Assembly (NCBI GenBank): GCA_965235115.1
Contig: OZ249436.1
Location: 27,590,001-27,654,000, forward strand
Direction: 5' to 3'
DNA from: Laetmonice hystrix
Lineage: Eukaryota
DNA length: 64,000 nucleotides
Positions 27,501 to 38,678 of this stretch are shown here, piece after piece (the first letter of the stretch is position 1; every line of letters starts with the position of its first letter). A program made the position numbers and the translations under genes. The notes below the pieces were generated by a model, which was not told where the DNA came from, searched no databases, and worked only from the letters and a program-made list of their open reading frames with translations.

Positions 27501-28618
27501 TTGTTTGCGAGGATATAAAACTTATGTACAAAGATTTGTTAAGACCTGTGGTACAGTGACCTGGCAAGTAGTTGTCGCTGTGCACTGATGTCCAAATAGG
27601 TTGTTACACGTTTGACAAGACAGGGTCGGCACAGACTGGGAAAGGGCATCTCTCAGTTTTCATGTCAGGAGATGGCAGAGCCTTGCTGCCTGGATCTAGG
27701 CGGTGCCCCGCTGTGTGTGCACTGTGTGTCACGGGAAACATGCTGGCTTAGGCCGCCCGTTGGTACATGAGGGTGATTTGTCTGTTTGACAGGTCAGCCA
27801 CCTTTTTTTCACTGGTATTAATACCCCCAGGGTGTCGCCCATAACAGTCCTTTATCAGCGCTGTAACCATGTGACTTGGGCACCCTGGCTTGTATAGGCC
27901 AAGACCTGGCTGCCGCACAAAGATTCCCAGTATCCTTTCATGTTATAATTTCACCTCCTTTAGTATTTACCCTTCCGATTATTTACCCCTTCTCGCAGAG
28001 CTTGCAGATGAAGGGGGGGGGGTGTCTCCGGTGGCGGGGAGTATTCTTTTTGTAAGGGGGTATAAACCTCAGATGTCATTGCAAGTGTTGTTCTTTCCCA
28101 CCCAGGTGTTGGCCCCATGCATAGACAGGTGCCCGACTGTAGCTCCATTCTTCAGCCTAATTAGACTGGCTGCACACCACCCACCTTGGTCCTCTATTGA
28201 GGCTCTCCATTGGAGCACACGGTCCTCTTTTGTTGGCGACCACAATCACTGAGCCAGATCAAGTGTCACTGTGCTTTTGATACACGCTTTAGATTATCAG
28301 CAGTGGGTATCAAACGCCTATATCACATCTCCCACTTGGTGTGATAACAGGCACGGCAAATCAACAGATTCTCGAGGTAACTACGCGCAAAACAAAGTCC
28401 AAGTTTTACAATGAATTGTAAGAACGATGGCCGCATCAAGGCGCGATAAAAAGACCAGCTAGATTACTGCTGAATAATGTCACGGCTTGAAAGGTTATGT
28501 GATGCCTGTCGCTGTAATAAATCCAGGATAAGAGTTTGTTGGAAACGTAATGTGATGTAGCTCCAGTTTCTTTGTTCTCGGTAAAATGATAGGGAGTGCC
28601 ATGTTTAACACTCTCCAC

Positions 28619-28896
28619 TCTGTTATTGAGGAACTAGCACTGTACAATTCAGCTCAGTCTGTTATTGAGGAACTAGCACTACATAATTCAGCTCAGTCTG
28701 TTATTGAGGAACTAGCACTGTACAATTCAGCTCAGTCTGTTATTGAGGAACTAGCACTACATAATTCAGCTCAGTCTGTTATTGAGGAACTAGCACTACA
28801 TAATTCAGCTCAGTCTGTTATTGAGGAACCAGCACTGTACATAATTCAGCTCAGTCTGTTATTGAGGAACTAGCACTGTACATAATTCAGCTCAGT
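28619..28896. repeat. Minisatellite, 39/41 bp unit (tctgttattgaggaactagcact[gt]aca[ta]attcagctcag), 7 copies
   Basis: Copy starts at 28619, 28658, 28697, 28736, 28775, 28814, 28855. Confidence 0.97.
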
Positions 28897-30119
28897 GTCA
28901 TTTACAAATCGCAATCTAGTTGGTTGTGCTTGTGGCATTCGGGGAATCCAGATCCGCTGCTAACATGCTAAGTTAATTGGAACACTGAGTATTTACTGCC
29001 CTAAGTAAGGATAGAACTTGGCAGGTTCCCGATCAACAGGTAAAATTGCAGCATACTGTATGACAGTAAGAGTGGGCAAGCAGAGATCTGTTGACTGGTT
29101 TGGTCATGCAACTGATGGGGGCAAAGATAAAGTAAAACTGGGAGTTGTCTGCGTATAGTCTGAGAAGTGACAGGGACAGTCTACCGCGGCGGAGACCGAG
29201 GTCTGGCAAGGTCTAGTGCCTCAATGAACCTGCCATTGTGCCCGGCACTTGAACCGACTGAGGCAAATAAAAAGCCACGGTCTCCCTCCTTATTGCACTC
29301 ACTAAATGGAGGCTACAACATGCATGGCTGGCTTGTTGCTATGTTGACTGGCTGCTTTCTTGGTGTAAGTAAATGTCAGTAAGCCTCGAGTTCAGTATTA
29401 TGGGGATTGCCTAATCGGTCAGCACAAACTCACTGCGACAGACTGTGTTAGCATCTCCAGGACGAGTTTTCATAGAGTCAGACAGAATTACTTTTTCTTG
29501 ATAAGTCTTCCTCTTGATACCAAATAACGTCAGTCACAAGCACTGACAAAGTACTATGTAGATTATCTAGGCCTTTCAGATTTAAACGCTTCGGCCAGGA
29601 ATAAAAAAACCGCGTTGTTTTAAACAAATATCTGGGGGTGGGGGCAAATAACCAACTCTGTTATCACATCTACATGTATATTCGGTTCTAATACAGTTCT
29701 AGTCAGTGGTATATTGTTAATCAGCATTATTGTTATCAAAGGTAGCCTGTCTGATTACAGGGTAACTGTAAGTAATGTGTACCAGTATTGTTTGGTATTT
29801 TCGGAATGACTGCCACAATGGTAGGCTATACGCTCAAGGCGCACTATACCAAGAGTTATGGGTAAGAATGCAGCTTTGGGATAAAAATTACGGAAAAAAA
29901 AATTTCGAGTCGATAGGGCCTATCTCAGACATTATCTTTTTAACCACTACACCATGACGTAAATTTCCTGAAAATTATGACCTGACATTTGTTGAAAAAT
30001 ATTTACCCAGTGTACTCTATAAAGAAAAGGGCTAAAACGATATCCATTGAGCTCATTTTCAAGTCTAAGTGCTGTTAAAAAAGCCCAACTTGACTGGCAG
30101 GCAGACAGACCCGTGCGTA

Positions 30120-30420
30120 GAGCCAACCCAGCGGTCGGGCTGCATGGCTACAAGGTACAATATTTGTCTGGAGGCGAAGACCAATCAGCGGCCAGTATTT
30201 GGTAAAGCTCCAATCTGATTGGCTGATGGCCTCTGCAGCTGTTGATAGCGGGACGGGCTGGCGGTGGAGCGGAGTGCAATGTGCTTCGCCAGTTGGCCAC
30301 ATGGTGGCAGCACATACTGATGCGGCCGCGTCCCCCGAGGAAATCTTGATTTACTGATGGAGCCACAGTGTGCTTCATTGTGCGGCTGTCAGCCCCTCGC
30401 GCAATAAATCTAAATTAGAA
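30120..30420. promoter_or_regulatory. CpG-rich promoter/enhancer candidate with three CCAAT boxes
   Basis: GACCAATCAG at 30179, CCAAT at 30210, reverse AGCCAATCAG around 30218, in a CpG-dense block about 5 kb upstream of the AUG exon. Confidence 0.4.
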
Positions 30421-32299
30421 AGCCTCTGGCAAAGGCCGTTGGGAAGGAAGCGATTTTTCACTACACAAATATGGAAATAACAAGCAGCAAATGATGGCTG
30501 CACTTTGTGAGGTGTGATCTCTTGCTAAGAGGCTTGCAGTAATAAGAGATTCGACAATGAAACAAAACATTCTTTTGTTTCTATTCAAAACCGAATGAAA
30601 AAGTCTGAATAAATGGATGGGCTGAAATAAATTACGCTATTTGTAATGACTCACACGCTTTGGGCATATTTGTAGGATTCTTCCTTTTTCAAAGAACAGT
30701 CGGAATCAACTGCCAGTATATTATAATTGCAGGCATCAGTGATAAGCAAAATTGAAACCACTTTCTGGGGTCTTTGAAGTAGGTGACGGGTCTGCTCACG
30801 GGATTGGAATTTTAGAAGGCGGATTTGTCAGCCATAAAGGATGTGACCCCTGACATTATGTGTTTGATAGATACAGCATACTGACACCGTGGCCTTCATT
30901 CACGTCACACTTCAGGATATCTTACGGGGACAGGTTAGCTAATGGAGGGCGCCTTCAACTGTGCAATCCAATCCAAACCGGTCTTTTGTTGGGGGCAGCC
31001 GCCACCAGCCAGATGAAATGATATGGCTCCAGCATGTGGTTTCTGTTGCTATAGCAATCGCACTTATAAACCAGCTGTCCAGACCCACCCACACCGTACA
31101 CTAGGGCTCCACCCTCACCCGCCCGGACCTCCCACCCCCAGCCGCTTTACATCTAGGCCAGTCAGAGGCGAGCCCTGTCCATTTGTGGGGAAGGGATGCG
31201 AGGGTTGTGGGGTTGTTGAACCGAGAGAGGCCCCCCACTGGGTTCTAGGTGTTAGGGGTTAGAAGGGATGAACGACTGGAGATACCCGGCACACTAATAG
31301 CATCAGCTAGATGAATGGCATACTGTCATTATCACAGTTCACGCACACCAGGACCAGATGGGCTAGTGTTGCATTTGATGCAGGTTTTTTTTACTCGCTC
31401 ATTATAGTTCAATAGGTGTTAGAAAAATGACATGGGGTTTTCTTTCCAACTTGATTCAAACCGGCAACTGTTCGAGGTCATACGGTCTTAAAACTTGCAT
31501 GCCTGGTTAGAAAGCTTTGGGTGACATTGTAACTGTAACATTAGTTACAAGAAAGATGCGGCCTGCATGGGGCACTACATACAATGTAAGTTGTTTCTAT
31601 CTTTGCCCATTATATACGTGTTGGTGGATATAGTCTAGCCTCATCTATATCTGTAATAAATGCTAAATGCCAGGTATGTGAGACAAATGTTTCTTTATGA
31701 GATCCTCTAGACCAATCAATATTTCGCATCCTAGAAACAACCCGCAGGCACCTTGACAAGAAAGAAAGCTTTCCAGTGTTTTTATTACTTTATGCACATA
31801 TTAAGCAGACCATTAACTTTTCTGACTCAAAGCTTATATGCCAATATTTTAGTTGCTGCCAGTGTACACCATTGCACAAGCAAGAGTAAATACCTTTGTC
31901 ATGCAATCTAAACCTAGTTTCTTCCAGTTTCATTGTTTGTTTTATTAACAAGTTTTTTTCCTTTGAAGGTTCAGATCTTTTCAAGGATACATATACGTTA
32001 GTGACATGGCCAAATAACACAGACGAACCATTGTAAGCCAACGGCCATCCCCTCGCACCTTCCCCTTTGCCCCCATCACCAGCCTCAGCCCCCCATCTCT
32101 GGCGTTTGGTTTTGTGAGAACAAAGGATCGCCACTCGGCAGGGCTTTGTGTTCAGTGTCAGTAAACTAATGGCAGGCTCTGTCATTAAGTATGGAAATAA
32201 CCAGTTACTGGTCCCGCGCCGCCGAGCTTAGCCTGCCTGATGCTCTAAAGCCTGGGCGAAACTCCACGGGGCTTTCACATCACGTTTCACACACTCAAC

Positions 32300-32610
32300 G
32301 AATCAATCAGCGAGCAATGTGCCAGGCCTGCCCTGCCAGCCAATCAATTGATATTTTTACAGGGTGTGATTACAAATTTACACCGACCAGCAAGTAGCCA
32401 GTTTGAGAGGGCTTGTAGCCAGGCTGAGCAGATTGAGGTAGGAAGGACATGTACATACGGCTCTGTGGTTGATAGTGATTGCGTGTTAGTGGATTGTTGA
32501 TTGGTTATTTGTGGCTTCTAGTCGCTGATATATCCTGGTTGAGAGAGATTGCTGGGAAGGTGAAAGCATATAAAAAGGGGATTGAATTCGAAGCCGAAGC
32601 ATTGTCGTTG
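32300..32610 (+). promoter_or_regulatory. Candidate CCAAT/TATA promoter
   Basis: AGCCAATCA at 32338, ATTGG at 32500, TATAAAAAGGGG at 32569, strong donor AAG|gtaatg at 32823/32824. Confidence 0.3.
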
Positions 32611-35486
32611 GGGGCAGAGCGAGGCGTCATTGGGAGTTTCTGTATTATGGTTTCGGCTGGTATAAAGGAGGCACCGATTGGGAATTCCAAGCACTGACCT
32701 TGTTGGTAGCTCGCGCATCTATACTAGAGGCTGTTCAGGAATGCGGCCAGTACACGAAGCCACACCAGACTTTGCCATCAAACACACGGCCAGATTAGAC
32801 TGTAATTGGTGCAGAGTCCCAAGGTAATGATAACCAGGCAAAGTGGGGTTAGCAAAGGGTGGGTCGGTGGGAGGGGTTGAGAGACGAAGACCGAGTCTAG
32901 CGGGTGTAAATTTAGTGGCGCTGTCGGGAGTACGTGACAGGCGGACACAGATGTTGAAGCTGACAGCGCTGGTCCTGATTGATATGGGAAGTGAAGCCAC
33001 ACAGACTCCGGGGCCGCGGCTCGAGCTCGGCCAGGCTGGTGCAGAGGCGCAGGGCTGGAAAGCGAACCCTTCCTTTAGGCCCCACACATTACTCTGGGCA
33101 GCATGGTGTACATACACATGTGGGAATTGGTACCAGATCAGATGTCAAGTGTAGGACCAGAGGTTGCCAGCTTTCAAGCTCAGACCTGTCAGCTAAGGGA
33201 TTTCTACAATGGTTTAAACAGAAAAACCTGACAGGTTGGAGCCTTATGTCAGTTTGGTGAAAAATAAGATACCTTTGAGTTTAAGTAAATGCTTACATTA
33301 TGAGACTATTAGTAACAGGAACTGTTTCTGAAATGCAAAACTCTGGCTTAAAACTGAAGAAAGACAGTCAACAAAAAATGATTTAAAAACTCCAAACAGA
33401 ACAGATGTGTATCCTTAAAACGCTGAAATTTACGAGAGTCATATTGTTTTTGCTATCTTCCAGTGTCAGAGTATTGTTTTTGAGCAACATGCCAAGTCAA
33501 ATATGTACTTTTCTTTGTGGAGCCAAAGACCCGCACTGAAACTCCAGTCTAGTTTTCCCACCTACACACTTTCATTATGCAGAGAGCTCCACCATTCTGT
33601 CAGATTTTGTCTGGGAATCTGAGTGAAGGACTCTAACTTTGATTATGAGAGAAGGCAATGTGTGGTGGACCCGCTGCACTGACTGAAGGGGATTAGTTCT
33701 CATGTGATCAGGATTGGTATTCAACATGGCCCCGAGCAGCTATTGATTGGCTGTGCTTGATTTATCTGGACTGACGGCTCGGTTTGGTGCAGGAATGGCG
33801 GGGTGTGTCAGTCTGGGCATGCGGCAGAGCTCAACCAGGTCCATGGCTTCATACCACAGTCTCTGGGCTCACAAAAACCCACCAGTGCAGTTACCAGTGG
33901 AAGCAGGGGGTATTGGGCATGAAGGCTGGAGGCTGAAGCCACATGTCTGCTAGTCGCTTTCAGTCTGTGCCTCATGTAGGCTTGTACTTATCGCATGCGT
34001 AACGGTTTCTACAACAGGGCATTATGAAATGAGATTTTTAAATCTCTTGGTAGGCTTGTTAAAGCAGAACTCGTATTTCGGATTTGTAGAAATGTACGAC
34101 TGGCCATTATGGCGGATGGGAACCAGAGTTGAGACCTGTAAATACAGAGATGTTAATTTCATGTAAAATGACCAAGCAGGAAAGCTGACGTTTTTATTAC
34201 AACATCAGATAGGCTAGCCGATTCTCCATGAGATTCCTGTTAGCATTCCTTTCTAAATGTCAGAGCAGAAGCACGACAGGGCTGAGATCCGATGTCAAAT
34301 GTCAAGCTCTGTTACTCACCAGAAACAGTGGCATGTTCCAACAGGCAGACAGGAATCGGATACACTGATCGTACTTTGCCTGCTGTTTCTAGTATGCTCC
34401 GTTTAGCACTGATAGCAGTGGTTCTATACATTAGTCCACCAGTGATTTCATGCTGAAAAACTGCATCCAATGTAGAATCCACGTTCACTCTATTAAAATA
34501 GAATACATTCCTGCTTCACATTTGATGTTTATGTGGACATTTATTTCAGGATGATATGATTAATGCTGTGATATTGGATTCAAGGTCCGTAACTGAGTAG
34601 GAGGAAGTGTAATGTGCGATAGGATTTCATATACTGTGGTTGAATTGTGGACTGAAGAAAACTAAATATGCTCAGTATGAAAATGATCCCATAGATTTTC
34701 ATCCTTTAATGTTTGCATACCAAAGTGGCTGAAAGGATGCCTGCAGTGCCTCATTCAAGGGCAGGACATAAAGGGGATGGTATTTGAAATTGAGTGTACC
34801 ACCCAGATGATTCATCTGTGTTCTCTGACAACTGAGGGCAGTGACACAGGAATGTGACCTCTGAGACTGGCGAACAAACAGCTGCAGTGTTGAAGCACAT
34901 TGTAAAGCAGTTTGTACATGTGCATCATGATTATTACACCAAGCTCACAGCACTTGCCGACTACTATTATAGCCCTTTATTCTGTCAACATACCCACAGG
35001 AACTTCTGTCATTATCTGTAGTAGGTTTGGCTTTGTGGACTGTACAAGGGAAGCCTGGTAGTCTCGTTAGGTTCAGTTCTTGAAATGAGGAAACAAAGAT
35101 TGCAAGGACTTTGATAAATAACAGAACTTGCACGTGATAACAGTACAAACAATGCAGCTGTTTTATAGGGTTATAGAGTATTTATTGTTGTTTGCCAGCC
35201 AACATTTCGGATTCGTCTACATAAGGAACTTTAATTGGAAGTATGGTAGGCCGGCTTGTAAAAACAGGCCGCGTTCTGATTAGTAAGTCATCAATGTAGT
35301 CAAATCATCAGTGTAAAAATCATGGTAAAGAATACATACATGGGAGTGGAATTTGTCCCAAGAGTCCAGAATGTTTCAAAAGTTTATTTTGTTGTTGTTG
35401 GCATTAGACTTACAGCATTCTTTTTTTCTTTTTTCCAGAGCTTGCTGCACAAAAGTAGCAGGCACTGCGGAGGATTGTAGTCGCCA

Positions 35487-36317
35487 ATGAAAGAGAGTTC
35501 CCCGCCCGGCCACCAATGTGTGGCCGCACAGTCCGACCGCAGTACTCGCGGCTCCACGCGACAGTCAACTGCAGCCACGACAGTCGTCAACAATTCGGAT
35601 CGTCTCAATAACAACCACACCGTTTCCGATCATGACGATACCGACTCGGACGGTGACTGGGATGTTGGAGTAGGCAACCTGGTCATCGACCTTGATGCCG
35701 ACCTCGAGCGCCACCAGAGGGCGTCGGTGTCAGGATCCCTGCCCCCTAGTATTACCAGTGGCAAAATGAGCTCCGTTGAGCATCACGCTGTTGTTGATAA
35801 CGGACTCAAAATGAAAATCAAACGCAAGAATGTTGGATCTAAGACTTCAGATGCTAAGCACGAAATTGTGAAAAACCCAGACGGGAAGGTCTCAAGTGGT
35901 AGTAATTCGACTGTGGATAATACTAGTACAAATATGCCTGGATCTGTTCCCAACTCACCTATGGATAAACAAAAACATGGAGCTACCTCTGATAAGGAGA
36001 AGGCTACCAAAGGACGAGGGGCCCACAAGAAGGATAAAGGCCGCGCCAAGGGGATGGAGCCAATATCTAATGGCAGCCCTTTTTTATCATCTCCCGGGAG
36101 TATAAGTAGCAGTTCAGGCCCCTCTGGGTCAAGTACAAATAGTACATCTATACCTAACTCAGCCCTTGTGCATAGGGTCTCTGTTGAACTAGATCGGATA
36201 TCTACGGTACCCTTTATCAAGAAGGAAACTCCAGCTGAGGACCCCTATGAGTTCAATGCCAAAGTAGAAGATGGAGGCCGGCCCTTAAGTTTCACCAAAA
36301 AAGTCAAAGTCGAGAAG
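35487..36317 (+). CDS. ZNF608: ZNF608/609 coding exon 1 (277 codons); whole exon is 35439-36317 including 48 nt of 5' UTR
   Basis: Acceptor ttttttcttttttccag|AG at 35438/35439; in-frame TAG at 35478 upstream of ATG 35487; GNLVIDLDADLE and MKIKRK motifs; donor GAGAAG|gtgagt at 36317/36318, phase 0. Confidence 0.93.
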
Positions 36318-38397
36318 GTGAGTCATTATCTTAAAGGCTTTTCCCCTTTCTAAAGAAATGGTTGAATATTAGCTCTCTAGATTTTCAGTTTCGCCAGGGA
36401 AATAAATACGATCTCTTATGGTCTTCAACTGTAGGATTAGCCCATTTATATGATGTTACAAAGCTCTTTTTTTAAAAAAAGAGGACAGGAAATAGAATGA
36501 AAGGCTATTGTGTGCAGTTACCATGGTCTGTCTAAACTGTATGGTTTGAGAAGAATCCAGGAATGACTGCATAGATAACATGCCTTCTGGTAGTCTTAAT
36601 ACACTGATACAACTAGGCTGGCAGGGCAAGAGGGCAGTGTGCTAGTCGCCTGGAATATTGGAAGGAACTGTGATGTGATTAGGTAGTGGAGATTGTACTA
36701 GATGAGTGGATCGGAGACTGATGATGGCTGCGTGTTATCAGGACAACCAACCAGGTTTCCGAGGCTAGAAAGGATCAGGATGCCTTTCATCCATCAGTCT
36801 TGAATGGGCCAAAGATGCCAATGGTGGGGGGTTGGGGGGAGGGCAGGTCCTGGGCAGGGCATTCCGTACTGAAGAGGCAGGTCTGAAAGGTTAGGGAGGG
36901 GTGGCGAAGGATTGCTCTAGTTTTATACAGCAGTCACATTTTACCTGCTCGCTCATACATCACTGGCCGCCTCATGAATAAACCATAACACAGTACAGGA
37001 CCAGAGCACCGCTCTGCTCCCAACAGTTAACCCAGGGAAAGTCAAGGCTCTCGATTCCTGACACCATGATGCATTGCCACTCGCAGCAGAAGTCTTGCCC
37101 GTCAAACCAGGCTTGGCAGAAAACGAAAGCCAACGAAATCGGTCAATCAGAACGTCTGGAAACATAAATTCAAATAAGATGTGTGGGGATTGGTGTGGAA
37201 GTCCTGGACAGGCCTGAACGCGTCACTCTGTAGGTTCAGTACCTTTTCTCTCAGCTCCTGGAAGTTGATTTATATTTACACGATATATCTCAGAAAACAG
37301 ACTGTTCATGTGGACGGGAACCAGCTGTGTTGATGTCAAGTCATCTGTTCTTCATTGCTTTTCTCTCTTCTCTCCACTGATGTGATGATTACTTAGTACA
37401 TAATGTTTCAACACACAAACGAATCACAGATACTTGCGTTCTTAATCAAGTTAAGAAGAGGTTTTCGAAGGATGGTACCTGTAATTGTGAACTTGAAAAA
37501 TTCGTAAGCTGTGAAAATGATGGGTACAGTAAAAAAGAGCGCTGTGTTGAGGGCCCGCACGTGGGCGGCTGTGAAAGGCTTGTGTATTTGTACCACCTCC
37601 GAGTGCACAAAGCCAATACCTCAGGGAGAAAGGCACAGTCACTACCCACATACCTGGCGGAACCATCGGAAGGAAATGGAAATTGGAGGAGCTGGTAATT
37701 TAACGACAGGCTTCGTCTCGACTCTGGAGGGAATGGTAGAGTGGGAGTCAAACGGAAACAAAGGCAGGTGATACTGTACGGGTTGGGGTTATATTAGGTT
37801 GAATAATGTCGAATTTCTAGAAAAACACCCAATCACAATTAATGTTCATCACTTTTAGCTTGGCGACTGCAGCCATGGGTGTTGTCAGCCTACATAAAAG
37901 AACCCCTCCCCCCTTATATAAAAGAGGGGACTATTTTTCATGAGCATAAGAGCCTCGGCATTGGTGTTGACTTTACCAACCAGATGGGTGAGCGGCTATT
38001 GATAGTAAATAGAGCGTGATGCCTCATGCTCAATATCATAATGGCCTGTGACGGAATAGGATAAAATGTAAACATTATTTATCCAATTGTCGACCCAGGA
38101 TGTATATATCATGGTCCAGCTGTTCAATCACAAACAACGTTTTGTTAAAAGAATGACCTTTGCCGTGAATGTCTCAGCCAGTGTGCCATTAGTAGTTACT
38201 AACTTGCTATACTATAGAAAATCTGTTCTTTATTAACAGAAGACGAGACTGGGGGGGGGGGGGGCATTCATGATGAGACAAATCTGTTGTAGCAGAATAA
38301 TTTTATACGTCAGCCTGACAGTTCGAATAGTTCGGGAAAGACGAAAGGTGACTCACGTCCACACCTTTGACCACAGGTATTAAAGATTAGTCAGAAT

Positions 38398-38678
38398 GAG
38401 ATACCATCCACCGGTATTCAATAGATACCAGCCACATGAACTACCAGACTAGAGATACCGATCCACCGGTATTCAATAGATACCAGCCACATGAACTACC
38501 AGACTAGAGATACCATCCACCGGTATTCAATAGATACCAGCCACATGAACTACCAGACTAGAGATACCGATCCACCGGTATTCAATAGATACCAGCCACA
38601 TGAACTACCAGACTAGAGATACCATCCACCGGTATTCAATAGATACCAGCCACATGAACTACCAGACTAGAGATACCG
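38398..38678. repeat. Intronic minisatellite with alternating 54/55 bp units, 5 copies plus a partial
   Basis: Copy starts at 38398, 38452, 38507, 38561, 38616, 38670; units alternate GATACCATCC and GATACCGATCC. Confidence 0.97.

Noticed and set aside
36318-36353. C-terminal tail VSHYLKGFSPF* of the 288-aa ORF
   Set aside because: Intronic read-through past a consensus GTGAGT donor.
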